Positions 50,891 through 64,000 of a DNA stretch of 64,000 bases are shown here, in pieces; position 1 is the first letter of the stretch; each line of letters opens with the position of its first letter. The notes beneath the pieces are model-generated. The model had not been told where the DNA came from, did no database searches, and worked only from the letters and a program-made list of their open reading frames with translations. This stretch comes from Podarcis liolepis (lineage: Eukaryota): the NCBI GenBank assembly GCA_965112155.1, contig OZ218098.1. One strand, given 5' to 3'. Made by a program: the position numbers and the translations under genes.

Positions 50891-51300
50891 GGATATTCAA
50901 TGAAGGTGAATGTTGGAAGATTTGGAACAGAGAAAAGAAAATACTTCACCACGCTGTGTATTTAAAACTATGAAAACTGCATATTTACAACTATGGAACT
51001 TGCTTGCCCAAGAGACAGCGATTGCCATCAACTTGCATGGCTTCAAAAGAGAACTAAGACAAATTCATGGATAATAAGGCTATTAATGCCTACTAGCCAT
51101 GATGACCGTGTTCTGCCTCCACTGTCAGAGGCAGTATGCCACCGAATACCAGTTGCTGCAAACTGCAAGTGGGCAGAGTACTTTTGTTCTCATGTCCAGC
51201 TTACAGGATTCTCACAAGCATCTGGTTGGCCACTGTGAAAACAGGATCCTGGACTAGATGGGCAATTGGTCTGACACTGCAGGCTTGTCTTATGTTCCTA
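50891..51300 (+). mobile_element. CR1 LINE 3' end with 3'UTR
   Basis: caatgaaggtgaatgttggaagatttggaacagagaaaagaaaatacttc ... ggactagatggg..ttggtctga..cttatgttc. Confidence 0.75.
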
Positions 51301-53159
51301 CGCACAGCAAAAAAAGAAAAAAGAAAAAAGAAAACTCATCATGATTTTATTTCTTTTAAGAATATTGAGATACATGGTTGCTCAGTGTCACTGGTATATG
51401 CAAACGTCTGAATCATCTGAGACATTATAGAACTTCATGCTCAGTAATGGTAAAACTCAAAGTGGGAAAGTACTTTTGTTTTTACATATCTTCATTGTTG
51501 CTTTGGAACTACATTGTATCTTTCGTCCTTCCAGGCTGTGACACTTTGTGATTAACACATTTGATTCTTTGTTTTCTGTTTCCTTTTGGTTAAGTTTATA
51601 CTTTAACAAAACCAATTAAATATTATAAATGAAAAAAGAGAAAACAAGCAGTGGGGCAGTGGCGGGGACCTTGATCACCAGCTTTTCCTGAGCCATCTAC
51701 TGCAATTTATGTAAACAGCAAATTTGTAACTTGGGAGGCTGGATCAGGGCTTGGGGGCCAGCACCTCACCACACTAGCTGCAGGTAGACCATCCACTACC
51801 CTACTTTCTCCTCTAGTATAGCAAATTAATCTAGAGCAGGGCATATTTGTCAGAGCTGCAACAGCTACAAAGTGCTAATTCTGGGTTTAACCACAATACG
51901 ACACACTCAGGGAAGACGACTATATAACACCAATCTCATGTATTAGACATGTATTAGAGAAAGACTGTTGTGACAAGGTGTGTGCCTTGTCTTGCTAAAA
52001 GGATGTTCTTAAATCTCTTTCCATTAAACAGGATATCTACAGCATATGATATAAACTAACAAGCAGGTCGGCTAAAGGAAATCCAAAGAGAGAGAAAATG
52101 CACAGATTACATTTGCACATTTGTTTGTTTGTTTATTCATTGCCTGGTAATGCATGCTAGATAATGAATGCTACTGAATTAAATAAAATTGCATACAGCA
52201 AATGAATAGTCTACCTGCTGTGATATCTTTGTTCTTCTTGTCATTCCACTGTTTCTTGTAACCATTTTTATTTCATTTGCATTGCCCACTATTCCTGTTG
52301 TATTTTCCTGTCTAGAAATCCCCCTCAATGTATCTTATCCAATCCAGCACCTTAATACTAGCTGCATATCAGTAAGTTCAACCTACAAGTAACAAAAACA
52401 TTGCTGTACTGACACCAAAACCATATCAAAACCATAGATTGGTTCCTGCAAAAAATGCACTTTTGAGGGGAAAGAAATTGATATTTTCCATTACAAAGGC
52501 TTTGAGGGGGAAATGATCACAACGTTATAATGCTGTTACACACTACAAGGAAGCATAGAGAAGTCAACCATCTTTTTGGTGACTCCTACCATTTCTCTTT
52601 AGGATGTGACCTAGAAAGCTTGGAATCCTCAGGAACCAACAGAAAGTCCATGCCTGGTCTTAACTATCCAGCGATTGCTGTCACTGAATAATTATCTATC
52701 AGCCCATGAAACCATGTTAAACTCATTATATGAGCAGGAATTTAATCTGATATGGGATTCAGAAGCACCAAGTACTAATTACAAAATGGGGGGAAAGTGC
52801 TAATCATTTCTCTTCCTGACAATTAGATGAATTAGACTCCAGTATTACAGACAATTAGGCTGTGATAGGGAACCTATAACTAGCCCTTTCCTATCAGTTT
52901 GAGAATCCTAATTTATGACGGAATCTTTAAAAACAAATTAAAGAAAAATTAAGTCTGAGCTGAACTTTTAACACCAGTATAAATCTTTGTAAACAATACC
53001 TTAACAATACCTTCATAATAAAGTGCCTTGAATTATGATAAACTAGCAAGCTGATTTACCTGCTTTACTTCTGATTTTGAAAACAAAAGCCAATTCTGAC
53101 CATTCAGTACAAAATGAACAAAATTATACCTGTCCTGTCATATTTATTTATACCGCTTG

Positions 53160-53616
53160 AGAGGTTTGGAGGGCAGCAACACAAAAGTGTGCCTTTTCTG
53201 TGGTGGTTCTCCCTGTGGAATGCTCTCCCTAGATGATGGCGCTAGGCGAGCCTATTACATGTCTTTATGTGCCAGGCAAAACCATTCCTTTTTACCCAGA
53301 CCTCTGCACATTAAATAATCTATGGCCTGTTAAGGCCATGGGGGGAGGACTGCTATTGTGATTATTTTATCCTTATGCTGTCTATTCTTAGGGTTTTTAT
53401 TATGTTTTTATTATTGTGATCTGTAAAATACGTTCTTAATTTTGTACACCAACCTGGGATCTTTTGATAAAGGGTAGTATATAAATAAAAATAAATAAAT
53501 GAAAACAATGTATCTCAGTATTTTTTAATGGAATGAAAAATCATCATGTACCTGGCTGTAAGCTGCCCAGAGTGGTTACGGAAACCCAGCCAGATGGGCA
53601 GGGTATAAATAATAAA

Positions 53617-53647
<31 letters not shown>

Positions 53648-53667
53648 GTAGTAGTAGTAGTAGTAGT
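53160..53667 (+). mobile_element. L2 LINE 3' end plus a second L2-type tail ending in (TTA)n(GTA)n
   Basis: gccttttctgtggtgg..ctgtggaatgctctccct; tgtaagctgcccagagtgg..gggcagggtataaat; microsatellite at 53617-53667. Confidence 0.7.
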
Positions 53668-54810
53668 GGTATTTACAATATAAACTATGGAAGAGAATAG
53701 GAAATGTATAGCGCTCCTATAGGGAGGGCTATTTCTTTTTATTCTTATGAGGATGGTTGATTTAAGGTTGTTATGTCCTTCGAACTGCATGAAGTGGTGA
53801 AGAAAACATCACAGTTTTTTCTATACTTTATTATTACGGTATTTTTTGCACATGTATGAATTCCTAATCTAGCAGCAAGATGTTGACAGAACAAAGATCA
53901 TAACCTAACATAGGGCACAGTATTGATTTCTCAAGAGGCCAGTATATGATTGGCAGGCATGATCTATGAATAATTCAAGTCTTTCGGTCTGGGGGGAAAC
54001 CCTGCTGTCTAACAGTTTATTGGTAAATACTAACATTTCCTAAAATAGATTACTCGTATCAGTTATGAGTATGCTAATAGTCAATACAAGAAAAATGACT
54101 TGCATATATACACGAGTTAAGCAAATTATGAGAATCTGGGCAGTTAGTCTGGGTCAAGATTCTGTCATGTCACTGGTGGTTTTGTGCAAGTCTCTTCACA
54201 CAAGATGCTCTTCAGAAAATCAGGGTCAGATTTGGGGGTGGGAGATCAAAAACCATTTAAAATCCCAGCAGCTTGCATTATAAATATCATTATAGTAAGA
54301 TTTCATCATATGAAATGCATTTATCTCCAGGGTAAATTTGTTACAGTGATGATAATGAGTTGTACTACTTTGCCTTGTGATATGTTTCTCCAGAAATTAT
54401 TTACTTTTTCCAGATTCACGTTTTCAGAAGAGATTAGAACTGCCTAATGTGTGATTATTTCTGCATCTTCTCCCTAGGCCCAGGCAGTGAGCTAAGGAGT
54501 ATATTTTAGTATAGAATTGGACCAGTTTAGAGATTCGCTAGCAAATTTCTTAGTGTCTTTTTCAGGCTGCTGCAATTGCACACTCATAGTGGCTGCAGAT
54601 GAAAAACCTGCTTGTAGACACCAGTATTCAAAAAGCAATTTGATCCATGTCTGGTGGAAGCCCCCACCAGGGCCCTGAAGAATTAGCATGGGGGTTGCAG
54701 CAAATGTGAACTATCCCACTGAAAAATCCATGTCTGTCTGCTACTTTTTTATATATACTTTAAGCCCACATACAGGGCATCTGAACATTAAGGCATTTTT
54801 AAAAAGGATG

Positions 54811-54812
54811 GA

Positions 54813-54850
<38 letters not shown>
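54811..54850. repeat. (GAAA)10 microsatellite
   Basis: Read directly from the sequence. Confidence 0.95.
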
Positions 54851-54852
<2 letters not shown>

Positions 54853-55619
54853 CCTGTGCCTCATGTGACAGATGAAATGCCAGTTTTGTTTTATAGATTA
54901 TTCTACATTGTGAAACCATTGCTCTCCTAATGTGTGTTGGTGTGGATTCCTAAAAATGACACCTATGTTGCAAAGACAGTGACAGAAAAACAACCTGGAA
55001 TACACAAACAAATGACTGGAGAAATAAAGGATCTGAAGAAAATGGGTAGGTATCATAGGATACAGAAAATAGGATATCCGTATTCATTTCCCCCCATGAA
55101 GGAAGTGTACCAATTATCTTCAGGAACTACTACATGCATCATTTTCACTCCCATTTTGTCTAAGACCAGCACTTTAGCCAAAAGCAAAGGGCTTGGAGGG
55201 AAAGGTTTTGGAATGTAAAAAAAAAAAAGGGGGGGGAGACCTTGGTCACATGCTTGCCAATGAATGCCAAATGAGTAACACAATGTCTACTTTATATAAT
55301 ATCATGTTCCAAATAAGATTTGAGTTATGCATTACCCAAAAGCATTTGTATGATGGATTATGTTTCACAGCTAGCTTTTCTAGTGAATGATATTGCATTA
55401 ACGACACATGATACATTCTTGAGCTATTCAAAAATTATGAAATTTGATCAGTCCTGTCTTGTCTTGATGTAAAAAAAGCCACAAGGTTAGCTCTTAACAA
55501 AAGAAATGGCTACAAGAATCTAATATAGGTTGACATGTGCTCTACAGATTATGTAATCCTACAGCCTTACACAGTGGTAAATGAAAGATGTGTAGGTTGC
55601 CACCTGCTAAAGGCAAATC

Positions 55620-56198
55620 TGTCATGGACTGGTTGGACACAGAGGAGTGGTGGGAGAAACCAGCTGGGGAACCATCAAGGGAAGAATGCTCAGAGTCCAG
55701 GGAGTGGTAGTGAGACAACGGTGAATGGTTACAGGGAGAAGTCTGGGGAAAGAAGCTGTCAGAAGCTGAAGGGGCATTAAGGCTCAATGAGTTGGGAGAG
55801 TATGCGGCAGAGAAGTCAAGCATCAGAAGCAGAAGCTGAAGCAGACATGTGGGAGAAGGGAGGTCAAGAGGTAGAGATTAGTAAGGTATTGAAGACTCCT
55901 GGGTGTCTCCCCTCCCTGCTCCCCAAACAAGTAGAGAGATGAAATGGGCAAAGCAAAGATAGGCTGCATGCAGCGCTCTCTCCAATTGTTCGGAAGAAGC
56001 CCTGGAGAGGAGGACACATAGATGGCTGTGGGGAGGCAGATACCTTTACTTTCAGCAACTGATTTCATGGAGTAGGACCTACACGGCATGAGCTGCTGTG
56101 CTCACTGAGCATGAAACCCAGCTAAGTCTGTAAAGATTGTGTTTTTCTAATAACTCCAGCTCTGAACTGTGATTTACTGACCAGCTGACTCTGTGACA
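55620..56198 (+). mobile_element. Solo LTR (579 bp)
   Basis: TGTCA...TGACA inverted termini; 5-bp flanks aaatc (55615-55619) / atatc (56199-56203), a 4/5 TSD match; purine-rich body. Confidence 0.65.
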
Positions 56199-56208
56199 AT
56201 ATCTAAGT

Positions 56209-56319
56209 CAGGCATAGGCAAACTCGGCCCTCCAGATGTTTTGCTAACAGGACCAGTGGTCAGGGATGATGGGAATTGTAGTCTCAAAACATCTGGAGGG
56301 CCGAGTTTGCCTATGCCTG
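56209..56319. mobile_element. Young hAT MITE, internally deleted
   Basis: 35-bp perfect TIRs caggcataggcaaactcggccctccagatgttttg; 8-bp TSD atctaagt / atctaagg. Confidence 0.88.
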
Positions 56320-57644
56320 ATCTAAGGCTTCCACACTTTTATACTAGCACACACACAAAAATCTATCATTTTGATCTCAGAGGAAAATTCTTTGTTCAGA
56401 AACCATTGTTGAACAAATTCATTACTTAGTATTTCCAATCTATTAGCTCAATTTAGAGCTGGAAATAGGTAAATTTGTTTTGCATTGCTACAAAGTTCTA
56501 TTGCTACAAAGCAATGTGATTTTCTTAGGTTGGAGAAAAATCTGACAGCACAAGACTGAAAATATACTATAAACATAAAATGATATAGAAAACTTCAAAT
56601 GCTACTATGGCAGCTCCTTTTTCTCATACAATGGTTTTTTGCACAAATGCTGTTTAATTATCATATAAAACAGTTTACCTTCTCATGGGAATGTAAGTGT
56701 TATGCATAAACTCTTGCTGCTGCATCAGTATCATCCAAAGCAACTTGCAGATCCAGCAGCAATCAAATGCTACCCATGAAAATCTATACATTTATGCAAT
56801 GTTATGCTGTGTTAACGTCATTTGTTGTTTTCACAGGTATAAATATAACTTCAGTGTGACCTTGTCAGTTTCCCAGTGAGAATGATCAACTGCTAATCTG
56901 TGAAGTTCATACCAACCCTTTCACAAGTGCACATTAAAAATATAAAAGCTTTGATCTAGGTTATTTTCAAAAGGAGTTAACAGATGACTGGTATTAAGAT
57001 TAAATAGTTACCTGAATTATTGCTCAAGTTCCTGTAGTCTAGTCCTACGGGCACAGAATAAGCCACTCCTTTATCACTTTTTGACCCAAAAAGAATGCAA
57101 ACCTGGCTACAGGCCTAATTAAAGGCTGAACTGTACAACCATCAGAGGCCTTAAATTCAGAAACTAGTAGCCCTTAAAAAAAAAACACCTCAGTAATCAA
57201 ATGCTCAAGAGGATTGAATGTGTGTGTGCCTGAGTGTGCATAAATCTGCAAAGCTAGAGGAGCAGTCAAGAGACATTTCCTGGGAAACCATTGAATAGAG
57301 GGCAGCAGGTGAGAGGATTTGTAGTTCTACCCAACACTTGCCAATAAAAGAGATGGATAAAGAAACACTCTGAGTTTCTATTCAATAATCATGACTCACA
57401 GCTTTTAATAGAATTTTCCTCCATTAATATACCAAATCCTTTCTCCCCTTTCATTTCTTCAAAACTAATAATTACCATCATATCTTGTAATTTCATACGG
57501 TAATTATTAACTCTTAAGTGGTATATGCTATGTAAGTTTGTGATCAACACTAATTTGACTTCACTGGATGTCCCCAAGTTTTAGTGCAAATGAAGAAATT
57601 GCTTGTCTGCTCTCCCCAATACAGTAGTAAGTTTTCTGTATTTA

Positions 57645-57855
57645 AGCTGCAATCCTATATACACTTACAGTTGCCCGAGATTAAGTCCCCTCAAACTCAG
57701 TGAGACTTACTTCTGAGTATACATACATAGGGCTGCCCTGTGAAGCTTTAAAACTTTTAAACATTTATTTAAAACTGCAATCCTACGTGCACTCATAGTT
57801 TCCAATTAGGTTATAGTTGGGCTTATACCCAAATAAGTGGATACAGGATTTTAAC
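57645..57855. repeat. Two tandem copies of a short palindromic interspersed repeat (gcaatcctat...ataggatt)
   Basis: Related degenerate copies lie at ~2903-2985 and ~25905-25972. Confidence 0.55.
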
Positions 57856-60800
57856 CAAACTCTTGACAATTTTAGTTTCCATACCCTTTTTCAGATTGTA
57901 TTTTTGTTTAATATATTATGACCAAAATAATACACAGCAGCATTATACAAATATGTGGCGCGGTTGAACATACAAAAGCATTTTGCGTTTTTTACTCCCA
58001 AGAGAAGTTGCATATGCAGGAAAAAACCCCTGATATGAACAAAAATAATCTGACATTCAATTCAAGAAATGAAAATCCTTCCTTCCCTCCTTCCTTCCAC
58101 CAGGGCTGGCATGAATCATTTTGCTACAGGAGGAGATGCCATTCTCCCACTTCCATCTGGACTGGAACTAAGTTTCAGCTGCAAAACCGGCAATGTGATA
58201 ATGTCCACACTGCTCCACAGAATAGTAGGAGCAGTCATTTAACCCTGCCTAATGTTACAGCTACCCCTCCATTCCTGCATTCTGGAGGGAAATCACAGTG
58301 CTATACAGCAATACCTTAATACCCGGAAATAGTGAGCAAGCCTTTTGAGTTCTCCAGATCTCTTTTCAAGATGGATGTTAAGCAACAACAACAAGAAAAA
58401 GTGGAGGGGAGGATGAGTGAAAAAGCTGTGTGTGTTGGAGCCCAGAATTCTGTAGACTGTAACCGTCTTGAGATGCTGCCTAAAAACAACTAGTGTTGAA
58501 ATATACTGATGAATTTTAATCCAATCCACATTTTAATGTTTTATCTTCCTTTTTAAAACATACCTTTCTAAAAAGATCCACAATACAGCTAGTGGCAGTG
58601 TTTGAAAAAGACTAACATCCTATTTCCAGTTACTGACACATGCCTCCTGCAGGCACAGATTTAAATTACTATAAAGTATTCCAGATTTTACCTAAATCCA
58701 GCTATGCTGATTATCATATACTTGTATCAAGGCATAGACAAATTATTATTGTTTCCAGCTGGAGTAAAACTTGTAGATTACACAGCTATGGTTGTACATC
58801 TTCCTCAGCATCAAACCATACAGGTCAAAAACTAAGCTTCTGGCGTAGGATTCACTATGCCCATGACAGCCTGTTCATAAAGCACAGATGGCAATATCAT
58901 ACCCTAAATTATATTTCCTGCAAAAGGTACCACTTGGATGACAGTTAAACAGATGAATTACAAGGAAAGGTCAGGTGTTTATGCACCTTGTGCTACATAA
59001 TTATTTATACTTGCATAAAATATTTTACCAAGAGGACAAAAGATCTGAATGATGTAGTTGTGTTGATACATTGCTGGTACAACTTGTTTTCCTTGGAAAA
59101 CAAAGTACAATAAGTTTTGGTGTGCATTTTTAAAAGAAGCCAGGGCATTTTTAACTGCCATTCCTACATCACTGAACCAAGGTATGTCCGCTACAACTAC
59201 TTTCTGTTACTAAGTGCTCTGGAAGTCATTCAGTGGTTTATTATAACAATTATCATTTATATATCCCTTTTCACTGCTCAATGAGTTTCACACACTCAAT
59301 AATCCTCAAAACCACTTTTTAAAGACAGGCTGATATTACTGCCTATATCAAAGCTGAAGGACTGGCAGATGAACATTTATACGGTCCTTTACAACTTCCT
59401 TTGGTAGTTTATATAACGAAAAAGCTTAGGAAAACAAAAAGGAAATCCAGGAGGACAGCAAAATCAGGGTTAGATGAGCCTCTCTGGGGAGAGCATTTCA
59501 CAACTGGTGCACCATCACTGAGAAGGCTCTGCACCCAGAAGCTACTTCAATTCCAATTATAAGGATGCCCAGAGAAGGCCATCTTCATTTTTAATGCTAG
59601 TGGGATCAAATGCATCTCAGCAGTTCTAAAGGATTATCTAAAGGATAAGTGACCATGGAACAGATGAGAAAATAAGAGAAGAGCTCTATAAAGGCTGTGT
59701 ACTTTTGAAGCACACTCAAAGCACATTAGTTCAAAGAATTTTGGCCTCCTCACCCTGAATTACATTTCCCAATAACTGTTAAACTACCGTGCCCAGAATA
59801 TATACAACATCTCATTTCACATTAGATATTAGGTCTCCTACCGTGTAATCAACCTGCTTATGCCATTTATTCATTCTGTCCGTAACAGTACACTATAGAG
59901 TTGTTTTCTATATTTCATAGCAGACTGTTATCCTACCATAAAACTGCACTATTGAATTTTTTTAGTCTTTTTTCACTAAAAATACATTCATTAGTTGTGC
60001 TCTATTACGTTTTGAAATATCAAGACTTGTTAATTAAAATGATAAGTTTGTGTTGCATACCTAACACCCCACACATCAAACCCATAGAACAGGCTCCTTT
60101 GGGTATTATTAGTTCCACACAGCTGGAAATGATAGTCTGATAAATGTTGGCTGCCACAGTAAATCACATAACAGTAAGGTCTGTCGTGTCAGGAAGCAAG
60201 CATTAATTAGTAAGGGCTGATTTAACTCAAAGGATTAACATCCTCAATCATACAGTGAGCCTTTCTTCCATACCACCTCTCAGCCACTCCTTGCGATCTG
60301 ATAAAGAGTTTGAGGTCAACTTAAAACATTCAGCTCATAATACCTTGCTGATATTGGGTGGAGTTTTTGCTAAGGTAACAAACATCCTGCTACTCAGTCA
60401 ATGAGAGTTTTTGTCGATTGTTCCAAAGAACCGGGAACTGGTCTTTTAAGGCCTAGTAAAACAATATTGCTCTAAAATCATGTTGTATTTAGCTCTGAAG
60501 AGATCTTTACCCTCATTAATAACATTACATTTTGAAGCATTTCAAATACCACGATTAACAAAACGATGAGGTGGAATCCAGCTGTGCCCTTCTAATAGCA
60601 AAATGGTTATTAATCCAACAGACATCTCAGCTAGCAAAAGAGGGTACATGATTTTTAACCAACTCCACCTCTCTCCTGTTGGAAGTAATGCTGCATCTGA
60701 AACAGGGGTGGGGGTGGGGTGAAGGTTTTCATTCTTTTTTCGCCCTCCTCCTTCAATTAGTGTTAGAGACTTTCCTTTTGTTAAGGACTCCATGATCGCA

Positions 60801-62331
60801 ACATGTAACCTTGTTCTCAGAATGGCTTCGATTATTACTAGGAATAATAAATCTTAAACATCTTTCTTCTTTCAACCAGCAGTCTTACTAGACTATTTAT
60901 TCCTGTACCCTGCTGTGACACACATGCCCAACTCCATCATCTCTTGCAGCCTTTTTACATTTTCCAAAAATATATTCAAGAGTTCAGGAACAGCAATGAA
61001 GGGTAGGTAATACAGAGGGCTGAGGAAGGGGTAAATCTGGGAACAAGCAATGCCATCAGTACTGCTGGCGTGGTCCTCGGTACAATGAATTGTGGGCAAA
61101 ATCACTCAGAGAGCTGCTACCACTTTGCCACAACCATGGCAAAATACAGTTTAAAAGTGAAGGGCATTTTACACTAATTTGCCACCTCCATTGCTGGTTG
61201 CAACAGTGCTCTTGCAGTAGGTGGGTAAACAGCAGAGGGAGGGAGAGCAGCAGGAGTGGGTGGGTGAGTGAGTAGGTGAGGAGAAAGGAGAAGCAGGTCT
61301 GTTGAAGGGCCATTGAGTTGTAATTGGTTGGTGATTGGACATGCAGGGAGATAGCAGAGACCTAATCTGTCATCTCACCCAATCTGCTGTCTCAGCCATA
61401 TGGTTCAATGCAGCTCGTTACTGGGCTCAGCCTTATTGATAGGTCACTCTACGTAACTAGTACCCAGTAATTAGGGAAAGATTCTACCAGGCTGCAACTC
61501 AAACACTGCATGGGGGAAACATTTGGAAGCTAAATTGTAGATCATGTTTAGGGTAATTGATGGTTGTGGTATTTTGCTTTTCCAATGGAAAAGAAGTATT
61601 TATTGCGACTGACCTATATCTATGTGTGCAAAATTCATACTCCTATAAATATTCTTAAAATCGCTGATTATGATGCACAGGTGTCAATCCCACTGAGATT
61701 AGTTTTTGGGTATTACTGTCATATTTTATGAAATTATAAGACTGCTCCATCTGGTCTTTAATGAAACACCTGGAGCTACACATAGAAAGCTCCTCTCTCC
61801 ATACTCAGCTGGCTGCTACTTTAACCTGGTACTGAGAAGCATGTAAATTACAGTGTGAGTCATATTTGAACTTAATTACAAATTGCATACATACACCATT
61901 AGCTACACTAAACCCACTAAAAGCTACACTCTGGTTTATGGTAAACTAAAATATGATGTTTATTAAACTGTTCTCTACATGTGCAGAAAGATAAGAACAG
62001 GTAAGTAGAATTCATTCGAACTAAGATTCACCAGCCAAGTTTTTCTGATGAAAAGTGAATGATCAATGGTATATGGTTATTTCCATGCAAGTATTTGTTG
62101 ACTTTGAAATTCTTGGCGCTGGCAACTAAATCTTTACATTATTGTCTTAGGGTAATTTAAATGTCATTACGCCAGTAATATCGCTTTGAATTTTGTTTGG
62201 TTGCTTGTCTCTAGCATTTTTGTATTATTTTGCTATGGCTGTATGCTAATGCAATAAAGGTTTGATTGATTGACTTTGAAATCCTTTAGAGATCTTTTAC
62301 TTAACACCAGAACTACATTGTAGTTAGAATA

Positions 62332-62681
62332 TCTATGTGCGAATTGGAGTATCATGCTAGAAAATCTAATCAGCACAGGTATCATAGGATCCAACACTTT
62401 GGTTCCCCAAAAAAATATTTGCGCAAGCCAGGCCATTTTGGAAAATTGTTTCTTTGTTCCATTTTGGAAAGTTGTTTCTTTGTTCACTATGCATTTGGAC
62501 ACCTCTTAAGATATTATGACCAGATTCTGCATGATAGTTCCCGAGATCAAGGTGCAGGTCTTCATCTATGTTTTGATACAGGTGGACACCAATTTGAATC
62601 AAGATGACAGAATAAACTTTTCAAACTGCAGTGTTTTCATTTATTGGAATCCCTGGGCAATTCCAGGTACAATGCTGCTAG
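62332..62681 (+). mobile_element. Helitron-like non-autonomous remnant (3' end supported, 5' boundary uncertain)
   Basis: Hairpin cctgg-gcaatt-ccagg (62652-62667), then CTAG at 62678-62681 followed by T; internal 26-bp tandem duplication at 62433-62484. Confidence 0.45.
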
Positions 62682-64000
62682 TTATTAATGAAAAACCTAT
62701 TCCATTTAAATATATTTCATATTTTTAAAATAATAAGATCTTAAAAAGTGAATGTTCTGTAATTTCTGCAAGTATTTGGCATAATTCACATATTTTTTTC
62801 CTTAATTTGAAATCTACTGCAAAAATTGAATAGCCATGACATATATCCTTAACTATAATCCTCATTTTGAATTAGCATAAACATGAACTATCACCAGCTA
62901 CCAAAACTTCAGAAAGGCTGAACTTGCTGATGACATAAAACAGAAAGACTCAAAAGTCAAAGGTCACATCTCTTCTACCTTCTTCTCCAGGACTTCACAA
63001 AGTGAAATGCATATTGCAGCCAGACATCCTCCCCCAATCATTCCAACCCATTTTTCCTCAGAAATTCAACAAGGATGGAATTACATGTTTGCACTGGAAC
63101 TTGCTGCTCTTTAGCCTTCAACATTAGTGCTCCCTCAGGCAAGGAGAGCACTCTCAGTGCCTCAGACCCACCGCCTGCAATAACCACCTGTTTCATAGTT
63201 CTGAGCACTACCCTGGCTCAGGTGTAAATATTGCAATATGTTTAACATGGAGGAGGGAGAATCAAGAAAGTGTAAACAAGCATTAGCTTTCCCTGGTTGT
63301 ATATTTTTAGGATAATATCTATGTTACATGTGAACCTCCAGATTCTTGCATTCTGTTAACAAACCTCTTGAATGTTGAGCTCCAGAAGCACATTCAGGGT
63401 GTCAGAAATTTAAGATGACTTAAGGAATTCTACCAGGCTGCAACTCATACACTGCATGGGGGAAACATTTGACTATTGACTAATTAGAGGACCAAAAAGA
63501 AATGTACCAAATGTACTGAAAAGAAACACACAAAACATGTTCTCAATGCACCCCAAACTGTATACTCTCTTCTGATCATGAATGATAGGCACTCATTCAA
63601 TGCAGGCACTCATTCAATGCATGCAGCTGCCATAATCTGTAAACCGATAAATCTACAACAGTATTATTTCTGCTGACAACAGCAAAGGAAACTCCATGGA
63701 GAGGACAAATCTTCATAGCAACAATGGGGAACAGTGCTTGTTAGTCTATCTTGGTGCACTACAGCGGTTTCTAAAGGAGTTTCTACATTAAATTAGTCAT
63801 CTAGTAACTATTCAGGCAGCTGAGAATATATCACCTAAATCTGATTCTTGACATTTGCACTGTCACCAGACATCTCCACCTCCATAGTTCAGAGAATGAC
63901 ATGCCCTTAACTAGATTAACCAACAGGTTTTCAAGTTGAACAAGGAAATAATCCTGCTTTTTGGATTCTACTTGGCTCCAATCATTCCTCATTATCCTTG

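Noticed and set aside
1647-62728. Most ORFs in the six-frame track
   Set aside because: Short, no recognisable domains or splice context, many starting at non-ATG codons. Only those overlapping TMEM163 exons or L2 RT fragments are meaningful.
63587-63620. 17-bp tandem duplication (similar 10-12 bp ones near 32691, 51937, 52992 and 56484)
   Set aside because: Ordinary slippage or repair micro-duplications.
31024-64000. TMEM163 exons 1-2 and promoter
   Set aside because: I found no sequence encoding RLKPHEAQNYRKKALW-like peptides and no CpG island; they probably lie beyond the window.

Overview
Vertebrate genomic DNA, almost certainly a squamate and probably a lacertid lizard, judged from the Sauria SINE, Bov-B, CR1/L2 and lizard-type MITEs. 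The window holds the 3' part of TMEM163 (zinc transporter of the CDF/ZnT-like family) on the minus strand. Six GT-AG coding exons of 44, 92, 97, 112, 142 and 61 nt splice in frame to ...VSVMRYSASSFGFA/FDATLDVLSSVIVLWRYSNAAAVHSAHREYI/ACVILGVIFLLSSLCIVIKAIHDLAIKLLPEV/DNFLYSVSILSGILCTTLAVIKFMLGNVLTSRALLTDG/FNSLVGGIMGFSILISAEVFKHNAAVWYLDGSIGVLIGLTIFAYGAK/LLVDMVPRVRQTRHYEMFE*. These correspond to human exons 3-8. I did not find exons 1-2 or a CpG-island promoter, so 31024-64000 is taken as part of the long intron 2. Bases 1-~1470 look like the end of a convergent plus-strand 3'UTR (MGAT5 by human synteny; inference). The rest is intronic with many transposon remnants. The most unusual signal is a young Penelope-like fragment with an intact minimal hammerhead ribozyme core, sense to the pre-mRNA and ~110 nt after exon 3. 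A second Penelope insertion 17 kb away carries a perfect 73-nt antisense copy of it. Other leads: a metal-response-element cluster in this zinc-transporter gene, an octamer/FOX motif cluster, inverted MITEs bracketing exons 3-4, a Helitron-like end and a 45-bp dispersed duplication. Nearly all ORFs in the supplied track are spurious.
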